From an uncultured Pseudodesulfovibrio sp. (lineage in GTDB: Bacteria > Desulfobacterota > Desulfovibrionia > Desulfovibrionales > Desulfovibrionaceae), in the NCBI GenBank assembly GCA_963675635.1, contig OY776488.1, positions 411,740 to 475,739 of the forward strand: 64,000 nucleotides of DNA, given 5' to 3'. Under the pieces are notes generated by a model. The model did not search any database. It saw nothing but the letters and a program-made list of their open reading frames with translations, and was not told where the DNA came from. The translations under genes and the position numbers were made by a program. Shown piece by piece: positions 9,888 through 19,086 of this stretch; within the stretch, counting starts at the first letter, position 1, and the number at the start of each line of letters is the position of its first letter.

Positions 9888-10297
9888 AATCGATTCATGT
9901 CCTGATTCCAGTCAGTGTGACAACAAATAGAGCTGAATGGCAAGTTGTTCCGTGCGAGAACGCGTGGTCTGCCCCATAACTCGATTTCAAGTCGAGCGTA
10001 GAGAATGACCGAAGAGTGGCGAGTTGAACGGTATCAGAGTGAGGTCAGGATGGGGATGTCACCAACAGACAGGATTGAAGATCTTGACGCCATAGCACAA
10101 GCCCTTCGGGACGTGCCGCAGCAAAAGGGGTTTCCGTGGGTGATTGATTGGCCGGTTGATAATGGCTAATCGCATGACCTGCATGGGCTGTAACCATAAA
10201 GCGTGGAGCAGGGGAACGGGGTAGAGTTTTTGAGGTGAGCAGGCAGACAAAAGATAACCCGCTACTAACAAGATGTGTCCACCAAAGTGTGTACATC

Positions 10298-10340
10298 AAA
10301 AGAAAAGGGACTCAGCAATAGTAGCTAAGTCCCTGTTTTT
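10298..10340. terminator. hairpin terminator downstream of the tRNA (T-tracts on both strands)
   Basis: GGGACTcAGC...GCTaAGTCCC stem flanked by A-rich and T-rich runs. Confidence 0.55.
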
Positions 10341-10341
10341 C

Positions 10342-10417
10342 CTGGTGGAGACGAAGAGATTTGAACTCTCGACTTCTACCTTGCGAAGGTAGCACTCTCC
10401 CAACTGAGTTACGTCCC
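10342..10417 (-). tRNA. tRNA-Ala (anticodon CGC), CCA encoded
   Basis: The reverse complement reads GGGGACGTAACTCAGTTGGGAGAGTGCTACCTTCGCAAGGTAGAAGTCGAGAGTTCAAATCTCTTCGTCTCCACCA. It folds as a cloverleaf with the G3:U70 identity pair, anticodon loop TTCGCAA, and a T-loop GTTCAAATC. Confidence 0.95.
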
Positions 10418-10477
10418 CGGTGGGGATGAATTGTTACTCCTTTTCGAAGGGCGAAACAACCCTTTTATGCGAGTGGG

Positions 10478-12007
10478 TTACAAATTCAGGGCCGTAAGTA
10501 TGGTGTCTACACGGTTGCTGTATGTATGGTCACGCAGGATGCACTCTCGCCATGCTTTGCGGAGTTCCTGTTTGTCTTGTGTTTCCTCTCGGTACCGGAG
10601 GAAAAGGTCGTGGATTTCGTCCGGGTGGATGTAGGTGATCTGTTCCACCAGTTCTTCCGGGAAGATTTGCAGGCCGGGGTTGGCGTCCGAGATCAGGAAG
10701 CCGCCTGCGCACCAGACGTCGAAGTGTCGCTGGGTCAGCCCTGCCGGGAGCTGCATGCCGGTGATATTGAGGGTGACCGGGGCTGTCCGGTAGATGGCGG
10801 GCAGGTGAACGTAGTAGTCCACTACAGGCCGTACGTCCGCGTTTTCAAGCGTTTTCCAGCCGTCATCTCCGAAAATCGTGATCTTCCCGGCAGCGTGCAG
10901 GCAATCGTTTTTCCACAAGGAGCTGGCGAACTCCGCTCCCGCTCCGATTTGACGGACCTGGTTGCCGGGCCAGAGTTGCACGTCTTTCATCTGTTCGCGC
11001 CACCAGAAGTAATCGAAACGATGTGCTCCTTCAGCATTATGAATTGTGGTGAGGAGGGTCGGGTCAACACTGACACCGGCAAAGAACTTGTCTTTGTCCG
11101 GGAATGCCGATCGACCAACGAAGACAAGCGCTTTTTCAATGTCTTTCGCATGGTCCGGCAGTTGTCCCCCGTTTTCGAAAAAGTGCGGACTGGCGGCCAG
11201 CGGCAGGTGTGTCACCCAGCGTGCGCCGGTTTCAATGAGAGGGCCGATGAAGCTATGATCCGTGACAAACAGTTTGGCGTTTTTCCAGTACCCTGACTTG
11301 ACCGCAGGAAGCAGGTTAAACGGGTTGTCCACCATCCAGATCGCGACCTGTGCACCGGCTTCGCGCAAAATATGATAGCATAGGCCGAAATGGTCGAGAC
11401 CTTTGAAGTTCACGGAAAAAAACAGATCGGGCGTGCCGTCCTCAAGCAGTTCAGGCAGCACCGTCCCGGGATGTTTTCCCAATGCTTCGTGGTCGATGAA
11501 TCGCACCGTGTATCCGGCTTCTTCAAAAGCCAGTCCCAGTTCCCTGCCGAGCAGGTCTTCTTCAAGGGTTGGCAGCCATACGATTCTTGACGGCGCGGGG
11601 ATTGTCGTTTTGCAGAGTAGAAGACGCGCGGTAAGCGGACCGTAAAATGATGGAAACGCCTTTTGGACGGGCAGATATCGGATTACATGTGAGTTCGCCG
11701 CCAACTCGGTGGTGAAGGCGTCTGCTGCGATACGAGTGAAATTGTCGGGAATGGCTCCGTTCCAGTTGTTGTCAGTCTGGTCCACGAAATCCTGGCATTC
11801 CACAAAATACAATGGGTCAGTATCTGATAATCCGAACCATTTCGGGATTTTGTCCGGTTCTGGTCCAAGCCCGAGAAAGACCACGGGACACTCATCCGGG
11901 CTGTCACTGACATACCATTCAAATTGCTCTTTTGCCGTGGGCATGGATTTTGTCATGCCGATTTCGTCAATAATTGTCTGATAGCGGGGTCGAGGCACAG
12001 GGTTCAC
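10478..12007 (-). CDS. CgeB-family / Glyco_trans_1_2-like protein (putative glycosyltransferase)
   Basis: The C-terminal block (FLISDANPG...[13 protein letters not shown]...[15 protein letters not shown]) is typical of CgeB-like GT1 C-domains. The start codon is uncertain (GTG 12007 or ATG 11956). Confidence 0.6.
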   Translation of the reverse strand: MNPVPRPRYQTIIDEIGMTKSMPTAKEQFEWYVSDSPDECPVVFLGLGPEPDKIPKWFGLSDTDPLYFVECQDFVDQTDNNWNGAIPDNFTRIAADAFTTELAANSHVIRYLPVQKAFPSFYGPLTARLLLCKTTIPAPSRIVWLPTLEEDLLGRELGLAFEEAGYTVRFIDHEALGKHPGTVLPELLEDGTPDLFFSVNFKGLDHFGLCYHILREAGAQVAIWMVDNPFNLLPAVKSGYWKNAKLFVTDHSFIGPLIETGARWVTHLPLAASPHFFENGGQLPDHAKDIEKALVFVGRSAFPDKDKFFAGVSVDPTLLTTIHNAEGAHRFDYFWWREQMKDVQLWPGNQVRQIGAGAEFASSLWKNDCLHAAGKITIFGDDGWKTLENADVRPVVDYYVHLPAIYRTAPVTLNITGMQLPAGLTQRHFDVWCAGGFLISDANPGLQIFPEELVEQITYIHPDEIHDLFLRYREETQDKQELRKAWRECILRDHTYSNRVDTILTALNL

Positions 12008-12067
12008 TTGGCTTTTTCGGCGTATTCGGCTAGGAATCGCTCCACGCCGGACTTAAGGAGCGTTGCC

Positions 12068-12667
12068 ATGAAACAGTATCAGGATAAGTACTTCAAACGG
12101 GCCAAAAAGGAAAACTACGCCGCCCGCTCGGTCTACAAGCTCAAGGAGATGGACAAACGGTTCCATATCTTCAAGCAGGGACAGACCGTGCTCGATCTTG
12201 GCGCAGCCCCTGGCTCATGGACACAGTTTGCCGGAGAAAAAGTTGGTAAGCAGGGCCACGTGCTCGGCGTGGACCTCCAGTCTACCAGGCATTCCTTCGC
12301 GGACAATATCACATTTTTGCAGGCCGACGTGTTTTCGGATTCGCCGGAACTGCTGGAAGCCATCGAACCACTTGCGCCGTTCGATGTCATTATCAGCGAT
12401 ATGGCCCCCAAGACAACCGGAATCAAGTTCGCGGATCAGGCGAACTCTCTGGAGTTGTGTGAGAGAGCGTTTGAGGTAGCGAAGAAATACCTCAAGAAAG
12501 GTGGCAATTTTGCGGTCAAGATTTTTGAAGGTGGCGAAATCAACGATTACCGAGATGAAATCAGACCGTATTTTGGCAAGATAAAAAACTTCAAACCCCA
12601 CAGCTCTCGCGCTGAAAGCAAGGAAATATTCATTGTCGCGCTTGGCTTTCGGGGAAGAGAAGAGTAG
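12068..12667 (+). CDS. rlmE: 23S rRNA (uridine2552-2'-O)-methyltransferase RlmE/FtsJ
   Basis: [25 protein letters not shown] and [13 protein letters not shown] (SAM motif). AAGGAG lies 8 nt upstream of the ATG at 12068. Confidence 0.93.
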   Translation: MKQYQDKYFKRAKKENYAARSVYKLKEMDKRFHIFKQGQTVLDLGAAPGSWTQFAGEKVGKQGHVLGVDLQSTRHSFADNITFLQADVFSDSPELLEAIEPLAPFDVIISDMAPKTTGIKFADQANSLELCERAFEVAKKYLKKGGNFAVKIFEGGEINDYRDEIRPYFGKIKNFKPHSSRAESKEIFIVALGFRGREE

Positions 12668-12720
12668 GCTATTCGATCTACTATAGTAAAAGACTTTATT
12701 GAGAATATTCAGGAGGAAAT

Positions 12721-13464
12721 ATGGCCGGACATAGTAAATGGGCAAATATTCAACATCGCAAAGGACGTCAGGACGCCAAGCGCGCAAAATTTTTCACTAA
12801 AGCTGCCAAGGATATTATCCTGGCCGCAAAGGCTGGCGGCGGCAATCCTGAGGATAACTCCACTTTGCGTTTGGCCATTCAGAAGGCCAAGGAAGTGAAC
12901 CTGCCCAAGGACAAGATTGAGAACGCCATCAAGAAGGGGACTGGCGAACTGGCCGGTGGCGATATCATGGAAATCCTCTACGAAGGGTACGGCCCCGGCG
13001 GCGTTGCCATGCTGGTTGATGTCGCTTCCGACAACAAGAATCGTATCGTGGCTGAAATTCGCCACGCCTTCACCAAACATGGTGGCAACATGGCTGAAGC
13101 CGGTGCGGTTTCGTATCTCTTCAACAAGAAGGGCGTCATTATTTTTGATAAGGAAAAATACACCGAAGACGACCTGATGGAAATCGGTTTGGAAGCCGGT
13201 GCCGAAGATATCATCGATGACGGCGATACTTTTACAGTACACACCGCGCCTGGTGATTTCATGGCCGTGCAGCAGGCGTTTGTGGACGCGGGCATGGAAT
13301 ATCAGTCTGCTGAATTTGAGCAGGTTCCTGAAACCCTCGTGCCAGTGGATGTTCCTACCGGCAAGAAGGTCATGGCCCTGTTTGAAGCTTTGGAAGACAA
13401 CGACGATACCCAGAAAGTCTATCTCAACGCCGACTTCCCGGACGAATTGTTCGACGAAGAATAG
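12721..13464 (+). CDS. yebC: YebC/PmpR family DNA-binding transcriptional regulator
   Basis: N-terminus [23 protein letters not shown], 247 aa, strong AGGAGG RBS. Confidence 0.95.
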   Translation: MAGHSKWANIQHRKGRQDAKRAKFFTKAAKDIILAAKAGGGNPEDNSTLRLAIQKAKEVNLPKDKIENAIKKGTGELAGGDIMEILYEGYGPGGVAMLVDVASDNKNRIVAEIRHAFTKHGGNMAEAGAVSYLFNKKGVIIFDKEKYTEDDLMEIGLEAGAEDIIDDGDTFTVHTAPGDFMAVQQAFVDAGMEYQSAEFEQVPETLVPVDVPTGKKVMALFEALEDNDDTQKVYLNADFPDELFDEE

Positions 13465-13465
13465 C

Positions 13466-13972
13466 ATGAGCGAAAAAGGTTTGATCGTCCTCGGTCTGGA
13501 CCCTGGAACACGGGTTACGGGCTACGGCATCGTCCGGGAAATATCCGGACAGGTCGAACTGGTGGAGACCGGCACTATTCGCACGCCGGTCAAGAAAGAC
13601 ATGGCCGTCCGCCTGGGGGTGATCTTCGACAGGCTCCAGGAGCTTATCGAAAAGCACGCACCGGCAGAGGCTGCCATCGAAAATGTGTTTGTATCCAAGA
13701 ACCCCTCGTCCGCCCTAAAACTGGGGCAGGCGAGAGGGGCTTGTATGGCAGCTTGCGCCACTAACGGTATTCCCATGGGGGAATATGAACCCACCAAAGT
13801 GAAAAAAAATCTCGTGGGTGTGGGTAGCGCTCCAAAGTCGCAGGTCGCGTTCATGGTAGCTCACACTCTTGGTGAGAAAAAACCAGACTGGCCCGAAGAT
13901 GCATCCGATGCTCTGGCTATTGCCATCTGTCACTTGAATGAACGGCGTATGCGCAAGCTGACTGGCCTGTAG
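13466..13972 (+). CDS. ruvC: crossover junction endodeoxyribonuclease RuvC
   Basis: IVLGLDPGTRVTGYGIV catalytic start, 168 aa. The ATG lies 2 nt after the yebC stop. Confidence 0.93.
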   Translation: MSEKGLIVLGLDPGTRVTGYGIVREISGQVELVETGTIRTPVKKDMAVRLGVIFDRLQELIEKHAPAEAAIENVFVSKNPSSALKLGQARGACMAACATNGIPMGEYEPTKVKKNLVGVGSAPKSQVAFMVAHTLGEKKPDWPEDASDALAIAICHLNERRMRKLTGL

Positions 13973-13992
13973 GCTCGCAACCATTTCATGAT

Positions 13993-14023
13993 AAAAACGG
14001 CTCATTAAGGTGGGCCGTTTTTG
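13993..14023. terminator. bidirectional rho-independent terminator
   Basis: AAAAACGGC-loop-GCCGTTTTT, with T-tracts on both strands between convergent genes. Confidence 0.8.
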
Positions 14024-14039
14024 TATCGCGAGGCGGGGA

Positions 14040-14786
14040 CTACTTCTTCCCTTTTCCCTTGTTCTTTGGCTGCTTGCTCTTGCCCTTACTTTTGTTCTGG
14101 TTCTGGATTGGTTCTTCCAATGCATCTTTATCGTTGGTATTCTTCGTTGTATTGTCCATATCCTCGGAACCGGTGTACGCGGAATTTCCCTTATTCTTGC
14201 CTTTGCTCTTATCCTTGCCCTTGCTCTGACTCTGGGATGATTCGTTTAACTCATCGTCGTTTTCATAGGATGTATTTGTCTCTTCATTCATGTCGTCATC
14301 AGAATCAGTATACGAAGAGCCACCCTTGTTTTTTCCTTTGTTTTTGTTCTTGCTCTTTCCTTGCTTTTTACCTTTGCCGCTCGTCGAAGGGTGGACGCCT
14401 GTTTCTTTGGCTATGCGACCCCAGCCCATACCTGAGTCGCGCATGGCCTGAATTTCAGCAGGGGATTTCCCACTTTGTTCGGCAAAAGCATTTATGCGGG
14501 CTTCGTCGAGGTTGCCTTGTGCTCTTGTGAGTCGTTCTTCGGCATTTCTTACGGTCTCTTGAGCCTGTTCCTGTTCTGTGGCCGTGCCTTCTTTGCGCAC
14601 GGCATCAAGGATTTCCTTTGCTTTGCGGACTTCCTCAGAAGCTTCAGTCGTTTCCTGAACAACGGCTTCGCCAACAAGGCCAATAAGTTCTTCCTGAGTG
14701 AATATTGGTTCACTCTGAGCCAGAGTCTTGCCCACAGGCATGGCAAGCAACATAAACATACAGGCAATGATGATTTTTTTGATCAT
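14040..14786 (-). CDS. secreted low-complexity protein with alternating Lys/Gly/Asn-rich and acidic blocks
   Basis: Signal peptide MIKKIIIACMFMLLAMPVGKTLA, a helical Glu/Arg-rich middle, and three KGK/NKNK basic blocks separated by D/E/N/T-rich blocks. AAGGGGA RBS precedes the ATG at 14786. Confidence 0.7.
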   Translation of the reverse strand: MIKKIIIACMFMLLAMPVGKTLAQSEPIFTQEELIGLVGEAVVQETTEASEEVRKAKEILDAVRKEGTATEQEQAQETVRNAEERLTRAQGNLDEARINAFAEQSGKSPAEIQAMRDSGMGWGRIAKETGVHPSTSGKGKKQGKSKNKNKGKNKGGSSYTDSDDDMNEETNTSYENDDELNESSQSQSKGKDKSKGKNKGNSAYTGSEDMDNTTKNTNDKDALEEPIQNQNKSKGKSKQPKNKGKGKK

Positions 14787-14940
14787 GGAGATTCCCCTTT
14801 TTTTATACATTCCATTCTTATCGTATGGCAGAATGCAGTGTTCTTATCCATGATAAATAAGTGAATGCCTCATTTCCAACCATGTATTCTCTTTGAATTG
14901 CGTTCGTGAATGCGCTACATACCTGCAACGGAGGGTTTTC

Positions 14941-15555
14941 ATGATCGGATATCTGCAGGGAACGGTATTGTCTGCCGACGAAAAGGGATTTGTTGTCCTG
15001 ACGCCTGGCGGGGTTGGGTATGAAGTCGCTGCGCCCACGTCAGTCATTGCGCGGCTGCCGGGAAGGGGTGGAGAAATATCAATTTTCATTCATACTCAGG
15101 TCGCGGAAAAGGCCATTGACCTTTTTGGTTTTTTGACTGCCGATGATCTCGACCTGTTTCGCACACTTATTTCCATCGACAAGCTTGGGCCGAAAAAAGC
15201 ATTAGCTATCCTGTCCATGTTCGATGCGGAACACCTTCGCGAAATCGCTTTTCGCGAAGACGTGACCATGCTTTCGACGGTGCCGGGTATCGGTCCCAAG
15301 TCCGCCAAGCAGATTTTGTGGAACCTCAAGGATAAGGTTGATAAACTCAAGCCTGCCGTTGGTGCAACGCTATCATCCGCGCCGCAGGGTCCACAGGGTG
15401 AGTACCTTGACACTCTTGCCGGGTTGAAAGGGCTGGGGTACGCTGAAGATGAAGTCCGACCCATGATTATTGATGTCTTTGACGCAGAACCCGACCTTGA
15501 CGCTGCCGGTGGTATCCGGGCAGTGCTCAAGAAAATAAATGCGGCACGCTCATGA
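14941..15555 (+). CDS. ruvA: Holliday junction branch migration complex subunit RuvA
   Basis: MIGYLQGTV...GGVGYEV start and HhH region ([13 protein letters not shown]). GGAGGG RBS. Confidence 0.95.
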   Translation: MIGYLQGTVLSADEKGFVVLTPGGVGYEVAAPTSVIARLPGRGGEISIFIHTQVAEKAIDLFGFLTADDLDLFRTLISIDKLGPKKALAILSMFDAEHLREIAFREDVTMLSTVPGIGPKSAKQILWNLKDKVDKLKPAVGATLSSAPQGPQGEYLDTLAGLKGLGYAEDEVRPMIIDVFDAEPDLDAAGGIRAVLKKINAARS

Positions 15556-16538
15556 GCAAATGCACACTTCCAGAGGAAAATGTCCGGCCCAGAAGTCTCG
15601 GTGAATTCATCGGACAGCAGGACTTGCGCAGTAATCTTGATGTCTTCATCAGGGCAGCCCGAGAGCGCGAACGTTCCTTGGATCATACTCTTTTCTACGG
15701 GAATCCTGGCCTGGGCAAGACCACACTGGCGCGTATTATGGCGAGTGAACTTGGCGTGAATATGGTTTCCACGTCCGGACCAGTCATCGAGCGGGCCGGA
15801 GATCTCGCGGCCATTCTGACCAATCTGGAACGCGGAGACATTCTGTTTATCGATGAAATTCACCGCATGCCTGCCACGGTTGAAGAGGTGTTGTATCCGG
15901 CCATGGAGGATTTTCAGATTGATCTGGTTATCGGTTCCGGTCCGGGGGCTCGTACGGTCAAGCTCGATCTTGAGCCATTTACGCTGGTTGGTGCGACCAC
16001 ACGACTTGGTCTGCTCACATCTCCTTTGCGTGACCGTTTCGGTTGTGTTTTTCGTATTGAATTTTATTCCCCCGAAGAATTGGGGCGTATCGTTGAACGG
16101 TCCGCAACCATTCTTGACGTGAAAGTTGACCCTGAAGGCGCACTGGCTATCGGTCGGAGAGCTCGAGGCACTCCGCGTATTGCCAACAGACTGCTTCGGC
16201 GTGTTCGAGATTATGCCTTGGTACATGGAGATGGTATTGTTACCAAGGAACAGGCCGAATCCTCGCTTGAACGGCTGGATGTTGACCAGTACGGCCTGGA
16301 TAATATGGACCGTAAAATTCTCTCGCTTATGGTGGAAAACTTCAATGGTGGCCCTGTTGGACTTAAAACCATTGCCGCGGCTTGTGCCGAGGAAGTCCGC
16401 ACCATTGAGGATATCTATGAACCGTATCTTATTCAGTGCGGCTTCCTTAAGCGTACACCGCGTGGACGAGTGGCAACGGCCAAGGCGTATCAGCATCTGA
16501 AGATGCGGATGGAAGATGACCAATTGCCACTTCTTTAA
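15552..16538 (+). CDS. ruvB: Holliday junction DNA helicase RuvB
   Basis: [11 protein letters not shown], Walker [21 protein letters not shown] overlap with ruvA. Confidence 0.97.
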   Translation: MSKCTLPEENVRPRSLGEFIGQQDLRSNLDVFIRAARERERSLDHTLFYGNPGLGKTTLARIMASELGVNMVSTSGPVIERAGDLAAILTNLERGDILFIDEIHRMPATVEEVLYPAMEDFQIDLVIGSGPGARTVKLDLEPFTLVGATTRLGLLTSPLRDRFGCVFRIEFYSPEELGRIVERSATILDVKVDPEGALAIGRRARGTPRIANRLLRRVRDYALVHGDGIVTKEQAESSLERLDVDQYGLDNMDRKILSLMVENFNGGPVGLKTIAAACAEEVRTIEDIYEPYLIQCGFLKRTPRGRVATAKAYQHLKMRMEDDQLPLL

Positions 16539-16635
16539 TGGGTTATAAATAACATTGATTCTCAATAAAGAACTTGAAACTGTTGTTTGTTCTGTTATTG
16601 TTCCTGTAAACAGGAATACCATGGAGGTATAAATC

Positions 16636-16791
16636 ATGGATAAGTGGGAATGCCCCTGCGGCTATGTGTATGATCCGGCTGAAGGAGATTCTGAGAACAA
16701 CATTGCCATTGGTACAAAGTTCGAAGACTTGCCTGATGATTGGACCTGCCCTCAGTGTGGTGCAGAAAAGGAATACTTCGAAAAACTGTAA
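16636..16791 (+). CDS. rubredoxin-like protein, 51 aa, with a CxC (not CxxC) first metal knuckle
   Basis: Hand translation gives [56 protein letters not shown] lies 8 nt upstream. The ORF is below the 60-aa track cutoff. Confidence 0.85.
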   Translation: MDKWECPCGYVYDPAEGDSENNIAIGTKFEDLPDDWTCPQCGAEKEYFEKL

Positions 16792-16852
16792 AAAACCGAA
16801 CAAAGCCTCTTGCAATCAAGCGCTAAAAGCGTATGGTTAAATCAGTCAAAGG

Positions 16853-16975
16853 AGTGTTTTCAGGTAACGCCCTACAAACCTTGTGATTCATCGAATCGGA
16901 AAGTGTTTCCAGGCAACCTTCAATCAAACTTTATCCTTTGGTAGAGGCCCGTATTTCGGCAACCTCCCTACGAAT
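16853..16975 (+). repeat. three imperfect direct repeats of about 28 nt with a 48-49 nt period, in a convergent intergenic region
   Basis: R1 (16853) AGTGTTTTCAGGTAACGCCCTACAAACC. R2 (16902) AGTGTTTCCAGGCAACCTTCAATCAAAC. R3 (16950) CGTATTTCGGCAACCTCCCTACGAAT. Confidence 0.5.
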
Positions 16976-16987
16976 GCATCGAGCAGA

Positions 16988-17018
16988 AGCCCCCGAGTTA
17001 TCGGGGGCTTTACTTTTT
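16988..17018 (+). terminator. rho-independent terminator (plus-strand T-tract), overlapping the CPBP stop codon
   Basis: AGCCCCCGA-gtta-TCGGGGGCT 9-bp stem followed by TTACTTTTT. Confidence 0.8.
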
Positions 17019-17930
17019 GGGGGAATGAGTGCGGATATCTTCTTCTTGGGAAGCAGTCAGTGGTGGACCGAGTCGCTTTAACACCATTGTGCAGAGCATG
17101 CTGGAGATCAGCCAGACAGCCACGCCTGTCAGCCCGACTGAGCCGCCAAAAAGCGGGTGGACGTTGGGAAAAAGCAAAAGCCATACACCATATCCTTGTG
17201 CATTGACTGCGCCGTGGATAAAACCGGCAAGGATGGACGAATCATAGTATAGGGTCATTTCATTGAGGAAAAGGCCGAATGCAAAACAGAGTAAGCACAT
17301 CATGGCTATACCGCCCACTGGATACCCGGGGTAATTGAATCCGGCCAGGATGAGTGGGCCATGCCATATTCCCCAGAGAATACCGAGCACAGTGTAGGCT
17401 ACTGGTTTCCCCAAAGGCATAAGTCGGGGCAGCATGAAGCCGCGCCAGCCTATTTCCTCTCCCAATCCGAAGATAAGATTGATGAATGGTCCCAGAACAA
17501 TTGACATGGGAAGCATGATCTGAAGAACGCTTTTCAGCGTTGCTTCGCCTGCGTCTGTACCGGGAATCTGAGGGGAAAAATCTCCGAACCCGAGCCACCA
17601 GGAGAGGAGGTACATTGCTGCAAAAAGCATGGGGACAAGACAAATTGTCAGAAAGTATGCGCCCAGTGACTTCCCCAGTCGAAGGCGCAGGGAGTCGCGG
17701 AGTTCGGCAAAATTCATTTTTTCGACGAACGCTGTGACCAACAGGGCGGACAAGCCTGGAATCCACATAACCGCCATGAGTATCAGGGCTGGTCCGGACA
17801 TACCTGTCAGGTTATCGAAGCGCATCCCATTTGATACGAGCGGGATTTCCACGGCCCATGTTGCGCCGAAGGTCAGTGCCAAGAATAGCAGAAGTGGTTT
17901 TATCCGGAGGGTGTCTGTCTGATTACGCAT
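17010..17930 (-). CDS. CPBP family intramembrane glutamic endopeptidase (CAAX protease-like)
   Basis: Polytopic membrane protein with the EEIGWRGF motif plus the WHGP and FIHGAVN motifs. Confidence 0.85.
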   Translation of the reverse strand: MRNQTDTLRIKPLLLFLALTFGATWAVEIPLVSNGMRFDNLTGMSGPALILMAVMWIPGLSALLVTAFVEKMNFAELRDSLRLRLGKSLGAYFLTICLVPMLFAAMYLLSWWLGFGDFSPQIPGTDAGEATLKSVLQIMLPMSIVLGPFINLIFGLGEEIGWRGFMLPRLMPLGKPVAYTVLGILWGIWHGPLILAGFNYPGYPVGGIAMMCLLCFAFGLFLNEMTLYYDSSILAGFIHGAVNAQGYGVWLLLFPNVHPLFGGSVGLTGVAVWLISSMLCTMVLKRLGPPLTASQEEDIRTHSPKK

Positions 17931-19086
17931 AGGATTCTACCATGGTGAAATAGCGTTTGCGGCATTGGTTCTCAATGTCGAGCAACCTTTTGAAAGCCTC
18001 GTTGAAATCGGTTGTGCCTGCTGCGAACACTCCATGCCCGTGGACAATGGCAGCTCCGGAAGAGGCCATGGCGGGGGGCAGAGTGTTGCATAGTCCGGTG
18101 GGGCCAGTCCCCACTTCACCGGGGACGATGGGGATGCCCTCGACCGTCCGGCATTCCGAGCATTTGATGTGACATGCACCACGATTGGGACAGTCCCGTT
18201 TGTCGCAGTCCATGGACATGATGACCGAAAATTTGGGGTGGCCGTGGAGAATGCACCTGAAATCCGAGCGACGATAGACGTCTTCATGGGCCGAGAGTTC
18301 CGATGACGCGGTCAAGCCGGTGGTGGCACTTCCGTCCATGGGGCATGGGTCGATGCATCCTTCAAGTTCATCAAGAGAACTACCGGTTTGGGATATGTAA
18401 ATCGTGTCATTCAGCCTGTACGAAATGTTGCCGAAAAACGAGTCGACCAACCCGAAGCCTACTACATGCCTTCCGCTTTCAGCTATTGCAGCGAGAACGC
18501 TATCCTCGTCCGAAAGTGAACCGCCAGCCAGGTTTGGCGGAGCGGTGTGTGGATGTGGTAGCTGTGTCACTACGCGTTGATAGGTGTCACGGTATTCTTC
18601 GTCGAGGGTCTTGTTGCGCAACCTGATCAGGTAGTCGGAAAAGAACAGTACGAAGCAGGCGAAAATGGTTGATGAATAAAAGACAAATCCCTGTTCCGGG
18701 CTGACCGTACCGCAAGAAATGATGCCTTCACCCGGGATAATGACGGTTTTGCGTTTTTTGAGGCTGGCAGCCATGGCTGGTGCCGTAAACTCCTGACAGA
18801 TCGGAATGTCATGCAGGAAGGTACGGGTTTCGGTGTCTTCAGGACGAATGGCCGTTTTTGTGCGCCCTGCCAAAAATTCAAGAATGGTGGCGTACGGTTC
18901 TGCGGGTTTGGAAAACACCAGTGAGTTGATAGAGAGCATATCAAAGAGTTTGGTGAATTCTTCGATGCGCGGATCGTGCCGATTCCACACCAGTTCGGCA
19001 TCCAGACCGCCAACAATGGGATCATTTGGGGCTGCAAGCCCCTGAATGGTTAACTTTGCAGCGTATTTATCGCAGAGACGTTTCAT
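17923..19086 (-). CDS. class II aldolase/adducin-domain protein with a Cys-rich insertion
   Basis: ELSAHEDVY...ILHGHPKF...IVHGHGVFAAG metal-site pattern, with an inserted CDKRDCPNRGACHIKCSEC segment. Its start shares 1 nt with the aor stop (TGATG), and its end overlaps the CPBP start by 8 nt. Confidence 0.7.
   Translation of the reverse strand: MKRLCDKYAAKLTIQGLAAPNDPIVGGLDAELVWNRHDPRIEEFTKLFDMLSINSLVFSKPAEPYATILEFLAGRTKTAIRPEDTETRTFLHDIPICQEFTAPAMAASLKKRKTVIIPGEGIISCGTVSPEQGFVFYSSTIFACFVLFFSDYLIRLRNKTLDEEYRDTYQRVVTQLPHPHTAPPNLAGGSLSDEDSVLAAIAESGRHVVGFGLVDSFFGNISYRLNDTIYISQTGSSLDELEGCIDPCPMDGSATTGLTASSELSAHEDVYRRSDFRCILHGHPKFSVIMSMDCDKRDCPNRGACHIKCSECRTVEGIPIVPGEVGTGPTGLCNTLPPAMASSGAAIVHGHGVFAAGTTDFNEAFKRLLDIENQCRKRYFTMVESYA

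Noticed and set aside
10418-10477. Hairpin AAGGG-N8-CCCTT between the CgeB-like gene and the tRNA
   Set aside because: The stem is only 5 bp, and the T-tract is on the plus strand, where no gene ends. It is not convincing as a terminator or a tRNA promoter element.
14010-14530. Plus-strand ORFs (76 and 169 aa) opposite the charge-block protein gene
   Set aside because: They are Cys/Leu/Phe-rich mirror images of the Lys/Gly/Asn codon repeats. The minus-strand frame has a signal peptide and an RBS.
15096-16637. 513-aa minus-strand ORF covering ruvA/ruvB
   Set aside because: It is antisense to two unmistakable genes (RuvA, RuvB). Its composition is Arg/Ser/Gly/Thr-rich with no motif, typical of an open antisense frame in a moderately GC-rich coding region.
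16543-16819. Two minus-strand ORFs (90 and 61 aa) over the rubredoxin locus
   Set aside because: The plus-strand 51-aa frame gives a textbook rubredoxin with an RBS. The antisense ORFs have no support.
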